Of a stretch of DNA of 64,000 nucleotides, positions 36,722-46,711 are shown piece by piece. A program made the translations under genes and the position numbers. Within the stretch, counting starts at the first letter, position 1; every line of letters starts with the position of its first letter. Below the pieces are notes generated by a model. It saw only the letters and a program-made list of their open reading frames with translations. It had not been told where the DNA came from and ran no database searches. The stretch spans positions 768,001 to 832,000 of the forward strand of contig JACPJW010000001.1 in the NCBI GenBank assembly GCA_016187335.1, read 5' to 3'. The stretch is from Candidatus Aenigmatarchaeota archaeon. Its GTDB lineage: Archaea > Aenigmatarchaeota > Aenigmatarchaeia > GW2011-AR5.

Positions 36722-37513
36722 TCAAGGCAGTCTTTTGGCGATCCTTTCAGGTCCCTTCGCAGCCTCAGCCCTTTCCGTTATTGCCTTGATGCTTTTCCTT
36801 CGGGTTTCCTGCCTTCCCCTTTCCTGCTCAAGCTCTTTCCTGGCGGATGATTCAATCATTTCTTCCCTTGTCTCGGGAGCGGATATCGTTGCGGCAGCCA
36901 GCTGTCCTGACACCGGCAATTCTTGAGGATGGATTATCTCCGGAATTCCTGTTACAGCTAAAATTTTTCTCTCCGCGCTTATCCTTGCGCTCTTTTCCAG
37001 AGAGTTGTTTATTGCCCTGTCTATGGAATGCTTCGCTTTTTCCGGTACCTTCTCCCTTACAAGCTCAAGGACAAGCGTGCTTTTCTGGAGCGTGTCCTCC
37101 GTTTCCCTGGCGATAGCAGAAATATTCGCGCCGATTCCCTGCGTCCTGTTCAGTTCCTCGTTGTATTCGTTTATGTATCTCAGCGCCTCGTCTGTTTTGT
37201 TTTTTCTCATCAAATAGCGGGCTTCCGCCAGCCTTTCTTTCGCAAAGCCCAGGTGCAGCCTTGCCTTATCTTCCCTGCTTACTGCGAGAGCTTCCCTGAA
37301 GAATTCGCCCATTCTTTTGAAGACATGGAAAGGGCTGTCAGGAGCGATTCCGGGGCTGGCAAACGATTGTTCTGCCACGTCCAATTCAGCTTCGGTCACC
37401 ACGGAATCCGAGAAATCTATGCGGGCGGATGCCTGCGAGCCTATTTCATTCTGCGCCCATGCGGGGCCTGCAACCAGCGTTATTACTGCGATTACTGCAA
37501 ACAGCGGCTTCAT
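36722..37513 (-). CDS. Secreted DUF5667-domain protein
   Basis: Signal MKPLFAVIAVITLVAGPAWA; PGIAPDSPFHVFKRxxE...KARLHLxFAKERLAE (DUF5667). Confidence 0.8.
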   Translation of the reverse strand: MKPLFAVIAVITLVAGPAWAQNEIGSQASARIDFSDSVVTEAELDVAEQSFASPGIAPDSPFHVFKRMGEFFREALAVSREDKARLHLGFAKERLAEARYLMRKNKTDEALRYINEYNEELNRTQGIGANISAIARETEDTLQKSTLVLELVREKVPEKAKHSIDRAINNSLEKSARISAERKILAVTGIPEIIHPQELPVSGQLAAATISAPETREEMIESSARKELEQERGRQETRRKSIKAITERAEAAKGPERIAKRLP

Positions 37514-37576
37514 ACTTATCATCTCTATTCTGAATATAAAAATAAAAAGGATGCGCATCCATTGTTAGTCATCAGG

Positions 37577-37804
37577 TCATTCAGCAAGATATTTCGTGAC
37601 CGGAGATTCCATTACTGTCGTGGACCTTTTGACAAGGTGAACGTCCGAAGCGCACACCGGGCATTTGATAGGGCGGAAATAATATTCGTCCCCGCAATTG
37701 TCGCATTTCCAGACATTGTAATTCCTCTTCCGGGCCTTGGGTTTTAACGTCAGGACGTGGATGATTTTCTTTTCCTTCTTGCTGAACAGTTTTTCCAGCA
37801 GCAT
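37577..37804 (-). CDS. Small rubredoxin/zinc-ribbon protein
   Basis: WKCDNCG...CPVCAS. Confidence 0.7.
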   Translation of the reverse strand: MLLEKLFSKKEKKIIHVLTLKPKARKRNYNVWKCDNCGDEYYFRPIKCPVCASDVHLVKRSTTVMESPVTKYLAE

Positions 37805-38314
37805 CTAATCAGCTCCGTTTCTGGCCTTGATGTGGAACCCGAAACCTTCGGACCTTTTGTGAAAGCTGCGGGTTCTTGTGAGGTACAGATTATAAGAGTG
37901 GCCGTCAAGGTTCATGGTGCCGTGCCACAATTTTGTGTTATTTTCCTTGGGCTTCAGGCTGAAAGAGCCCACAAGCGTGTCGTTCCTGTAAAGGCTGCCT
38001 GATAATGAGCCGTTGCTGATAGAGACGTTTCCCGCCTTTATGCGGCGGCTCCCTATTCTCATGAAACCGTGCAGGGCAACCCCTTCGTTATAGGATTTTT
38101 TTGCGGCAATCAGCAGCTTTACGTCCCTGAACGATTCCGGGTCGTTAACCCAGACGGCAGCCCCTCTCGCGATCAGCCTCAGGCCATTTATCTCTTCCGG
38201 GGAAAAAATGCCGACCTGGTTCCCGCCCGTTGAATCCGCCGGTATGTTGATTAATGTTATTATCATTATCGGCATCCTGTTTGTTTTTTCCTTCATTCCG
38301 ACCACCCTTTCCAC
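37805..38314 (-). CDS. Hypothetical beta-rich protein
   Basis: 169-aa ORF abutting the zinc-ribbon gene; start uncertain. Confidence 0.5.
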   Translation of the reverse strand: MERVVGMKEKTNRMPIMIITLINIPADSTGGNQVGIFSPEEINGLRLIARGAAVWVNDPESFRDVKLLIAAKKSYNEGVALHGFMRIGSRRIKAGNVSISNGSLSGSLYRNDTLVGSFSLKPKENNTKLWHGTMNLDGHSYNLYLTRTRSFHKRSEGFGFHIKARNGAD

Positions 38315-38465
38315 TCAGCTTCACCAGCTGCTCATGATATGTAAATATAGACTGTTTCACCAATGAGAAGGCGTGGTGAAACAGTCGTGAAACAATTGTA
38401 ATTCATGTGTAAAGGAGTAAGTAAGAAAGAAATTTTTAAATATTCTCAAAACAAGAAAAAATGTA

Positions 38466-38912
38466 ATGAAAATAGCTGATTTGTTTTCAAGAATAGTCAC
38501 AAGTTATAGAGATTTCTCTATTAGAAGAAAACAAGAAGTAGAGAGAGTTAGAAATGCGCGGTCTGACCTAATAAAAGAGTTGGAATCTCACGGCATACAT
38601 GCTTGGGATAATGAATACAGACCAGATTTAGGGCCTGATTCATTGGATTTCGCACCTCAAATAACAGAAGAATGTCTGTCAGTAGGCGTTTCAACGCCAT
38701 GGTTGCTTGAAGACCACCTTATGACAGAAGGATACGTAAATTTCGTAAATAAGACTGCCCGGCAAATAGCTTCTCGATATGGTCTTAGAAGCTTTAGTTT
38801 GGATTCGGATTATTCCGGATTTGGTGTTGTAAGCTACGTAGGGTTCAGGCTTCAACCTCAACCCCCTTTATGCAGATCCGGTTCCTGTGCTATTCCTCTT
38901 TCAGCCAGGTGA
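38466..38912 (+). CDS. Hypothetical protein
   Basis: 148-aa ORF with AT-rich codon usage; no motif. Confidence 0.55.
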   Translation: MKIADLFSRIVTSYRDFSIRRKQEVERVRNARSDLIKELESHGIHAWDNEYRPDLGPDSLDFAPQITEECLSVGVSTPWLLEDHLMTEGYVNFVNKTARQIASRYGLRSFSLDSDYSGFGVVSYVGFRLQPQPPLCRSGSCAIPLSAR

Positions 38913-39753
38913 GCCTGTTCGTCCTGCCTTTCCTTTTCTTTGCCAGCAGCCTTTTCTCCGCAAGCTTCTGCACGATTCTGGTCATTTTTGCCCGCGAGAA
39001 CTTGAATTCCTGCTCCACTTTATTCTGGTAAGCGGTTTTGTGTTTTTCCATGTACTCTATCACCTTCTTTTCGTCCTCGCGGAAGCCGGTGAAGAATTCC
39101 TGTCTTGCATTTTCCTTTGCATGCCGGGATACCTTCTTGTGGTGCCTGTAAATGAAAGCCGCCGCGGCCAGGGCGGTTATCGTTGCAGCTATCCATAAAT
39201 TGAATTCCATGTTCAGGCGCTCAAACTTCACCGAGAAAATCCTGGGTTCGCTGTCGCTCAGGGACCACGATATTTCTATGTTCCTGCCGTCCGTGCTGAC
39301 CGAGGCATCGCCAGGCCTGTACGAATTCCGGTATACGCCGTAACCCTCTGGCAGGACAATTCTCACGTCAATGATCCTGGCATCCAGAGACAGCTCTGTG
39401 AAGAACTGGTATACGCCGCTGTTCTGAAAAACGAGCCTGTTTGAAACGAAGCTTATCGTCAGCTGCGAATCGCCCTGCGGCTGGATCCTCAGTATGTAGC
39501 CGCTGTCTGATTTTATCAGCTCGTGCGCCAGGGAGGTTTTGGAGTCCTTTACCTCTATGGATTTTACTTCCTCGTCAAGCCTGTAGTCTATTGAAGAATT
39601 CATCGGCTGCCCGAAGTCAATGCTGATTGTTTCCCCGACCGACAGGTCGTCCCGTATGGAAAAAACTACGTCCGCTTTTTCCGCGGCGGAAGCTGCTGCA
39701 GGCAGGATTGCCGCAAGCAATGCAATGGCAGTTATCACAGCAAAAAGTCGCAT
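38890..39753 (-). CDS. Membrane-anchored transcription regulator (extracellular beta domain, TM, C-terminal MarR-like wHTH)
   Basis: Signal peptide, beta-sandwich-like region, TM LWIAATITALAAAAFIY, then DEKKVI...YQNKVEQEFKFSRAKMTRIVQKLAEK...KGRTN (COG2512-like). Confidence 0.8.
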   Translation of the reverse strand: MRLFAVITAIALLAAILPAAASAAEKADVVFSIRDDLSVGETISIDFGQPMNSSIDYRLDEEVKSIEVKDSKTSLAHELIKSDSGYILRIQPQGDSQLTISFVSNRLVFQNSGVYQFFTELSLDARIIDVRIVLPEGYGVYRNSYRPGDASVSTDGRNIEISWSLSDSEPRIFSVKFERLNMEFNLWIAATITALAAAAFIYRHHKKVSRHAKENARQEFFTGFREDEKKVIEYMEKHKTAYQNKVEQEFKFSRAKMTRIVQKLAEKRLLAKKRKGRTNRLTWLKEE

Positions 39754-39815
39754 TATATTTAATTCGCTGGAGGGTTTTTAAGTAAATACGTAACGTATTG
39801 GAAAGATGATGGAAA

Positions 39816-40487
39816 ATGCCAGGCGATAAAGAAATTTCTGCTGTTATTAAAACGCTGAAAAGAGAAAGCAGGAAATTCAGGCAGCCAGCGGTTACAGAAA
39901 TTGCGGAGCGCGACGACGACCCTTATAAGGTGCTTGTTTCCTGCCTGCTCAGCCTGCGGACGCGCGATACGATAACGGAAAGAATAGCGCCTGAACTTTT
40001 TGCTGCTGCTGACACGCCTGCGAAGATGGCAAAGCTGCCCCTGGCGCGGATAAGAAAAATAATCCGCCCGATTAATTACTATAAAACCAAAGCAAAAAGA
40101 ATCAAGGAAATTTCTCGCGTTCTTGTGAAAAAATACGGCGGGAAAGTGCCTTCTGATATTGACGAGCTGCTGAAGCTGAAGGGCGTAGGCAGGAAGACGG
40201 CGAACATTGTCGTTGTCTACGGCTTCAGCAAAGAAGGTCTTCCCATTGATGTCCATTGCCACAGGGTGCCTAATCGTTTGGGCTGGATAAAGACAAAGAC
40301 GCCCGAGCAGACAGAGAAGGCATTGCGGGAACTTCTGCCGAAGCCCTACTGGCACGACTTCAACGACCTGTTCGTCCAGTTCGGCCAGAACGTCTGCACG
40401 CCGAGGAACCCGAAATGCGGTGTATGCCCGGTAAGCAGGTGGTGCGATTATTACCACAATATTTACCTTAAACAGCGAAAATCTTAG
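39816..40487 (+). CDS. nth: Second endonuclease III
   Basis: LLSLRTRD, LKGVGRKTAN, IDVH, CTPRNPKCGVCPVSRWC. Confidence 0.93.
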   Translation: MPGDKEISAVIKTLKRESRKFRQPAVTEIAERDDDPYKVLVSCLLSLRTRDTITERIAPELFAAADTPAKMAKLPLARIRKIIRPINYYKTKAKRIKEISRVLVKKYGGKVPSDIDELLKLKGVGRKTANIVVVYGFSKEGLPIDVHCHRVPNRLGWIKTKTPEQTEKALRELLPKPYWHDFNDLFVQFGQNVCTPRNPKCGVCPVSRWCDYYHNIYLKQRKS

Positions 40488-40623
40488 TGTTTTGGCTATG
40501 CCCTGCCAATACATCAGGATGCATTTTCTCTGTTCGTGCCGTGTTCCAAAAAAGTTTAAAGAACGGAAATCAATAATATTTAAGCGTTGCGCTGATTAAC
40601 ATCTTTCTGGTAGTGCATAACTG

Positions 40624-42432
40624 GTGCATTCTGGTGGATTTATGGAAAAAGTCATCAACAATTTTTCGTGGAAAGTCGCCGGCGAGGCCGGCCACGGGAT
40701 CCTCAATGCCGGCCTGATGTTCGCCCGCATGTGCATGAGGGGCGGCCTGAACGTTTTCGCTACTGCGGAGTATCCCTCCCTGATAAGAGGGGGGCACAAC
40801 CATCTTGATGTACATGTCAGCGACAGACCGCTGCATTCGCATACGAGGCACGTTTCGCTTCTTGTGGCGCTCAACATGGATTCTGTTACGAAACACAGCC
40901 GCAAAATACTCCCGGGCGGCGGCATCATTTACGACGGCGTTGAGATGAAGCTTGATGAAAAGGATTTCCCGGGAATAAACCTCTATCCTGTGCCGCTCCT
41001 TGAGATAGCAAACCAGTGCGGCGGGATGATAATGCGCAACACTGTAGCCATGGGCGCTTCCATTGCTTTGGCGGATTTTGACCTTGAGATGTTCAATACC
41101 GTGCTGCGCGACAATTTCGGGAAAAAGAAGGGCGAGGATGTTGCAGAGAAAAACATTATTGCCGCAAAGACGGGCTATGATTACATAAAGAAGAACTTTC
41201 CTGACGGTTTCCGGTTTGTTTTGAGGAAGAAAGAAAACAGCGACAGGATATTCATTTCCGGCAACGAGGCCATATCTGTGGGCGCGATAAAGTCGGGGTG
41301 CAAGTTCTTTGCGGCTTATCCGATGACGCCTGCTTCATCCATCCTGCACACAATGGCTGCGAACGAGCGGGCATACAACATCGTCGTCAAGCACACGGAA
41401 GATGAAATAGCCGCGATAAACATGGCGGTAGGCGCGGCTTTTGCCGGCGTGCGCTCCATGACAGCAACGTCCGGAGGCGGCTTTGCATTGATGACGGAAG
41501 GGTTCGGCCTTGCGGCGCAGGCGGAAGTGCCCCTGGTTGTTGTCGAGGCGCAGAGGCCGGGGCCTGCCACGGGGATGGCGACGCACTCCGGCCAGGGCGA
41601 TTTGCGCTTTGTTCTCCATGCGAGCACTGACGAGTTTCCGCGGCTGGTGATTGCTCCGGGCGATGTTGAGCAGTGCTACTACAAGACTGTTGAGGCTTTC
41701 AATCTTGCCGAGAAATACCAGATGCCTGTTGTTGTGCTTACGGACAAATACCTTGGCGAGAGCTTCATCAGCGCGGAAAAATTCAGCGACGAAGGAATTG
41801 CTGTTGACCGCGGTTTGCTGCTCAGCGAAGAGGAGCTGCAAGAAACGGAAGATTTCCGGCGCTTCAGGGTAACCGAAAGCGGCGTTTCTCCGAGGAGCAT
41901 ACCCGGCCAGAAAGGCGGCGAGCATACGGCTTCAAGCTATGAGCACGACGAATACGGCTTTGAAAGGGAAGAGGAAGAAATACGCACAGCGATGCACGAC
42001 AAGCGCTTTAGGAAATTCGAGCAGATGAAAAAGGAAATAAAAAACCCCGGGCTTGTCGGCAACGGATATTCCGACATAACGATAATTTCCTGGGGCTCCA
42101 CAAAAGGCCCTGTCATGGACGCGATGCGCATGCTGGAAGAGGATGACATATTTTCCAACTTCCTGCAGGTCCTTTACATAAGCCCGCTTCCCGTGGAGCA
42201 GCTGACAGACGTGATTGGAAATGCAAGAAGGGTTGTAATCATAGAGAATAATAAAACGTCGCTTCTCGGCGGACTCATAAAGGAGCATACGGGCATTGAC
42301 ATAGGGCATAAAATACTGAAATACGACGGCCGGCCTTTCTCGCCGGAGCAGATAAGGGACGGGATAAAAAGGATAATTGAAGCTGAAGAACGGGTTCCTG
42401 TAAAAAGGGTTGAGAAAGAATGGCAGATATGA
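40624..42432 (+). CDS. korA: 2-oxoacid:ferredoxin oxidoreductase alpha subunit (gamma-alpha fusion)
   Basis: GEAGHG, EYPSLIRGGH, SGNEAI, YPMTPAS, EDEIAA, TATSGGGF, QRPGPATG. Confidence 0.95.
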   Translation: MHSGGFMEKVINNFSWKVAGEAGHGILNAGLMFARMCMRGGLNVFATAEYPSLIRGGHNHLDVHVSDRPLHSHTRHVSLLVALNMDSVTKHSRKILPGGGIIYDGVEMKLDEKDFPGINLYPVPLLEIANQCGGMIMRNTVAMGASIALADFDLEMFNTVLRDNFGKKKGEDVAEKNIIAAKTGYDYIKKNFPDGFRFVLRKKENSDRIFISGNEAISVGAIKSGCKFFAAYPMTPASSILHTMAANERAYNIVVKHTEDEIAAINMAVGAAFAGVRSMTATSGGGFALMTEGFGLAAQAEVPLVVVEAQRPGPATGMATHSGQGDLRFVLHASTDEFPRLVIAPGDVEQCYYKTVEAFNLAEKYQMPVVVLTDKYLGESFISAEKFSDEGIAVDRGLLLSEEELQETEDFRRFRVTESGVSPRSIPGQKGGEHTASSYEHDEYGFEREEEEIRTAMHDKRFRKFEQMKKEIKNPGLVGNGYSDITIISWGSTKGPVMDAMRMLEEDDIFSNFLQVLYISPLPVEQLTDVIGNARRVVIIENNKTSLLGGLIKEHTGIDIGHKILKYDGRPFSPEQIRDGIKRIIEAEERVPVKRVEKEWQI

Positions 42433-42456
42433 TTTCCGGTTTGATAAAATGATAAA

Positions 42457-43320
42457 TTGATAATTATGGCAAGCGTCAAAGATTTAACGGCAAAAGAGCA
42501 GCCGACATGGTGTCCCGGCTGTGCTGACTTCGGGATATTGACCGTGTTAAGAATGGCTGTTGCTGAATTAGGGCTGGAGCCGCACAACACGCTGCTTGTT
42601 TCAGGGATAGGTTGCGGCAGCAAGACGCCGCACTTTGTCCGCACGTACGGCTTCGAAGGTTTGCACGGCAGGATATTGCCCGTTGCAACCGGAGCAAAGC
42701 TCGTCAACAAAGACCTTACCGTCATAGCTATCGGCGGCGACGGCGACGGTTATGGCATCGGCGGAAACCACTTTCTGCACACGATGCGGAGAAACCTGGA
42801 CATGACATATCTTGTGCAGGACAACGAGGTTTACGGACTGACGAAGGGCCAGGCATCGCCCACAAGCCCGCAGGGATTCAGGTCGCCTTCGACGCCTTCC
42901 GGCGCTCTGGAAGAGGCCGTGAATCCGATATCGCTCGCAATTATTGCCGGAGCCACTTATGTTGCAAGGGGATACGCTTTCAATATTCCGCATCTGAAAA
43001 TGCTTATCATGAACGCCGTGAAGCACAAGGGCTTTGCATTGATTGACATCCTGCAGCCGTGCCCGACGTACAACAAGGCGAACACGATGGCGTGGTACAA
43101 CCAGCGCGTTTACAAGCTGGAAGACAGCGGCCATAACGCTTCGGACAAAGCTGCTGCTTTGGCGAAAGCCGAGGAATGGGGCGACAAGATTCCCATAGGC
43201 TTGTTCTACAAGGCGGAAAAGCCCACGTACGAGGACGGGTTGCCCCAGGCTTCTGTTCCTCCGGTGAAGCACGATATCAGCAGTATTGATATTAAGCCGA
43301 TTCTCGCAAGGATGATGTGA
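42457..43320 (+). CDS. korB: 2-oxoacid:ferredoxin oxidoreductase beta subunit
   Basis: WCPGC, SGIGC, TPP motif GGDGDG...DNEVYGLTKGQxSPT, QPCPTYN. Confidence 0.95.
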   Translation: MIIMASVKDLTAKEQPTWCPGCADFGILTVLRMAVAELGLEPHNTLLVSGIGCGSKTPHFVRTYGFEGLHGRILPVATGAKLVNKDLTVIAIGGDGDGYGIGGNHFLHTMRRNLDMTYLVQDNEVYGLTKGQASPTSPQGFRSPSTPSGALEEAVNPISLAIIAGATYVARGYAFNIPHLKMLIMNAVKHKGFALIDILQPCPTYNKANTMAWYNQRVYKLEDSGHNASDKAAALAKAEEWGDKIPIGLFYKAEKPTYEDGLPQASVPPVKHDISSIDIKPILARMM

Positions 43321-43467
43321 ATTACCGGGATGAGACCGGTCAAGGTTTCTTGAAATCTTTATATATCACCTTGAACATATATATTACTGCTTCTAGAATG
43401 TAATTTATCCGCGATTGCATTACGTTTGTAATGCAGCAGAACGGGCGGATACGGAGCTGGGTCCTGA

Positions 43468-43605
43468 ATGGTAAGGAAAAAGAAAAGCAAGTATAAGAAA
43501 ATCTACATAGAGTCATGGAAATGCAGTGGCTGCGAGTTCCAGTGGAATTATAAAACAGTCAGGTGTCCCTTGTGCTCGTCGCAGCTTGCGACAAAAATTA
43601 TTTGA
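43468..43605 (+). CDS. Small basic zinc-ribbon microprotein
   Basis: MVRKKKSKYKKIYIESWKCSGCEFQWNYKTVRCPLCSSQLATKII*, 45 aa. Confidence 0.65.
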   Translation: MVRKKKSKYKKIYIESWKCSGCEFQWNYKTVRCPLCSSQLATKII

Positions 43606-43837
43606 TTTTTTTCTTTTTCTTTTCTATTTTCTTCGTAATTCCGCCGTAATTGGAAACGCGCCAGTTGATACGGTAATAGAACGCTATGACAAGAGACGAC
43701 CATTCCGGAATTATCTGGTTTCCTCTATATGGGGACGCTCCGGAAGATGAAAGAGTATGCAGTCGATATGTTGTGATTCTTGTTTGATTGCAGTGTGAAA
43801 CTATAACCTATTTATAACTTTGCAGCTAATGTAGGAG

Positions 43838-45607
43838 ATGACGCGAAACAGACCGACGCACAAAGTGCGTCAAGCGACTAGCAGTGAAGTTTCTTCTGAA
43901 AAGCAGACAAAATTAATATTCGTCACAGGCGGCGTCATGTCCGGGGTCGGAAAAGGCGTCGCTGCAGCTTCCATAGCGAAAATCCTTCAGGAAAACGGCT
44001 TTTCCGTCAATGTTGTCAAGATTGACCCCTACATAAATTATGACGCAGGCACGCTCCGGCCGACGGAGCACGGCGAGGTGTGGGTCACCGACGACGGCGG
44101 CGAGATAGACCAGGACCTGGGCAATTACGAGCGTTTTCTGGGCATAGACATACCGAAAAAGAACAACATAACAACCGGCCAGATATACAAGGAAATCATT
44201 GACCGTGAGCGGAGAGGAGAATATCTGGGCCAGACCGTTGAGTACATCCCGCACGTCATAGATGAAATCAAAAGGCGCATCCGGGAATGCTCTGACGGTT
44301 ATGACATTCTCATCGTTGAAATCGGCGGCACCGTGGGCGAATACCAGAACATGCCCTACCTGTTCGCTGCAAAATCCTTTGGGCTGGAGCTTGGCTGGGA
44401 GAATGTGTGCCACGTTTTCATCACGTACCTGCCCGTTCCCACGCACATAGGCGAGATGAAAACAAAGCCGGCGCAGCAGTCCGTGAACCTGCTTAACGAG
44501 CAGGGAATATTTCCCGACTTCGTTCTGTGCAGGTCGTCAGTAGCTTTGGACGATGTCAGGAAGAAAAAAATACAGACAATGACGAACATCAGCATTGACA
44601 GCATAATTTCCGCGCCGGACATAAAGACAATCTACAAGATACCGCTGAACTTTGAAGAAGAAAGCCTGGGAGAAAAGATTCTCCGCCGGCTGAGGCTGAA
44701 GGCGGCAAAGAAGCCGGACTGGACCCGGTGGAAAAAGCTCGTCAGCAACATAGAAAACCCTTCTGGCAGGATAAAAATTGCCATCGTGGGCAAATACGTG
44801 GACACGGGCGCCTTTACGCTTGCTGATTCTTACATATCCGTGAATCATGCGCTGGGGCATGCCGGGGCGTCGCTGGGAGTGGGCGTTGAAATAGGATGGG
44901 TCGACGCGAAGCAGATTGAAAAAAGCGGCATCGGCATCTTGAAAGATTACGACGGCATAATAGTCCCTGTCGGCTTCGGCGCAACGGGCGTTGAAGGCAA
45001 GATAACCGCAATAAAGTATGCAAGAGAGAAAAATATTCCGTTTCTCGGTCTTTGCTTCGGGTTGCAGCTGGCAGTTGTTGAATACGCCAGAAGTGTATGC
45101 AATCTTGCCGGTGCAAACAGCGTTGAGGTGAACCCGAAGACGCCGCACCCTGTGATAGACATCCAGCCTGCGCAGAAAGAAATCCTTGCGCAGAACATGT
45201 ACGGCGGGACAATGCGCCTGGGCGCTTATGCGGCGTCGCTGAAGAAAGGCATCGTGCTTGACCTGTACAAAAAGACCGGCCGCCTTGCGCGGGACAAAGA
45301 AAAACTGGAGCAGCTGAAGAAAGACGAGAGCCAGAAATTCCGCTTGGGCATCATTGATGAGCCTGCCGTGCTTGAAAGGCACAGGCACAGGTACGAGGTG
45401 AATCCCAAATACGTTTCTGTCCTTGAGGACAACGGACTGTTCTTCTCCGGCCACCATACGCGCTTTGACAGGACGAAATTAATGGAGTTCATTGAGCTGC
45501 CGAAGCATAAGTTTTTTGTTGCAACGCAGTCGCACCCCGAATTCAAGTCGCGTTTGGGCGACCCTTCGCCGCTTTTCTTCGGCTTCGTGGATGCGTGCAG
45601 GAAATAA
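43838..45607 (+). CDS. pyrG: CTP synthase
   Basis: FVTGGVMSGVGKG, KIDPYINYDAGT, DQDLGNYERF, KTKP, GLCFGLQ, RHRHRYE, QSHPEFKS. Confidence 0.97.
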   Translation: MTRNRPTHKVRQATSSEVSSEKQTKLIFVTGGVMSGVGKGVAAASIAKILQENGFSVNVVKIDPYINYDAGTLRPTEHGEVWVTDDGGEIDQDLGNYERFLGIDIPKKNNITTGQIYKEIIDRERRGEYLGQTVEYIPHVIDEIKRRIRECSDGYDILIVEIGGTVGEYQNMPYLFAAKSFGLELGWENVCHVFITYLPVPTHIGEMKTKPAQQSVNLLNEQGIFPDFVLCRSSVALDDVRKKKIQTMTNISIDSIISAPDIKTIYKIPLNFEEESLGEKILRRLRLKAAKKPDWTRWKKLVSNIENPSGRIKIAIVGKYVDTGAFTLADSYISVNHALGHAGASLGVGVEIGWVDAKQIEKSGIGILKDYDGIIVPVGFGATGVEGKITAIKYAREKNIPFLGLCFGLQLAVVEYARSVCNLAGANSVEVNPKTPHPVIDIQPAQKEILAQNMYGGTMRLGAYAASLKKGIVLDLYKKTGRLARDKEKLEQLKKDESQKFRLGIIDEPAVLERHRHRYEVNPKYVSVLEDNGLFFSGHHTRFDRTKLMEFIELPKHKFFVATQSHPEFKSRLGDPSPLFFGFVDACRK

Positions 45608-45707
45608 ACTTTAAATACTTGTTGCAGATGTAACTAACTAACTTTGAACTTTTTTGAAAATTCTTTTTCAAAAAAAGCTTCGCTAAAATGGAACAGGTGA
45701 AAACCAG

Positions 45708-45809
45708 ATGAAAATAAGTTACGAGGACGACGACGATTTCGGAGACGACGACTGGGACGACGAGGATGACGACGAAAGCGGTGACGGGGATTTTGACGAC
45801 GAAGAATGA
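45708..45809 (+). CDS. Unannotated poly-acidic microprotein (33 aa)
   Basis: MKISYEDDDDFGDDDWDDEDDDESGDGDFDDEE*; 21 of 33 residues D/E; AGGTGA SD upstream. Confidence 0.7.
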   Translation: MKISYEDDDDFGDDDWDDEDDDESGDGDFDDEE

Positions 45810-45895
45810 GTTTGTTTTTTATTTTTACCACAAAGACTGGAGTTCGGTTTCTGGATTTTTTATTATAAGTAAAGCCTTGGGTGCTGCAGCCGGAA

Positions 45896-46711
45896 TTAAG
45901 CTTTCTTCAGGGTCACTTCGACCTGCCTGTAAGGTATCTTTATCCTTGCTTTCCTGAATTCTTTGGCTATCTGCGAGTGTATTTCCGTTTTCACGCCGGG
46001 GATGTTTGCGCTTGAGAGGTCAAGCCAGTAGAAAGCCTCCAGCTCCAGAGACGAATCCCCGAAGCTCTTGAAATATACCTGCGGCGGCGGCATTTTTATC
46101 ACGTCCCTGTGTTTTTTCAGTATGCCAAGCATTATATTTGTTGCCTTTCCCACGTCGCTCTCGTAGCCTATTCCTATGCTAAGCTTCACGCGGTAAAGCG
46201 TGTCGGGAGCGCTCCTGTTTTTTATCACCGATGTCATCACGACGGAATTCGGTATTGTCACGTATTCCCCGTCGGCCGTGTAAATGACGGTTGTCCTTAT
46301 TTTTATGTCGCTTACCGTCCCTACAATATCGCTGATTTCAACTATGTCGCCTATCCTGAAAGTCCTGTCAAGAAGCAGTATAATCCCGCCGATGAAGTTG
46401 GCAATTACATCCTTTGCGGCGAAGCCCACGACTATTCCTGCGAAGCCCGCTCCGGACAGGAGAACAAGCAACGGCTCTTTTAAGTTGAATATGGTGAGGA
46501 TGTATGCAAAGGCGATGAAATAGACTATCACCGCAAGGACTTTCTGCAGCGCGGCAAGGTCGTGCTTTGACAGCTTCGCGCGCGCCTCCATCTCGTCCAC
46601 AAGCATGTCCGTGACAAGCTTCTTGAAGGAATACGCGGCAATGATGACTACCAAAGATGTAAGAATTTCCCTTGACACAGAAAGCGTTGTTTCGGAAACC
46701 ACGGCAATCAC
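45896..46711 (-). CDS. mscS: Small-conductance mechanosensitive channel
   Basis: GIVVGFAAKDVIANFIGG, FRIGDIVEI, IPNS, FGDSSL, IPYRQ. Confidence 0.93.
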   Translation of the reverse strand: MIAVVSETTLSVSREILTSLVVIIAAYSFKKLVTDMLVDEMEARAKLSKHDLAALQKVLAVIVYFIAFAYILTIFNLKEPLLVLLSGAGFAGIVVGFAAKDVIANFIGGIILLLDRTFRIGDIVEISDIVGTVSDIKIRTTVIYTADGEYVTIPNSVVMTSVIKNRSAPDTLYRVKLSIGIGYESDVGKATNIMLGILKKHRDVIKMPPPQVYFKSFGDSSLELEAFYWLDLSSANIPGVKTEIHSQIAKEFRKARIKIPYRQVEVTLKKA

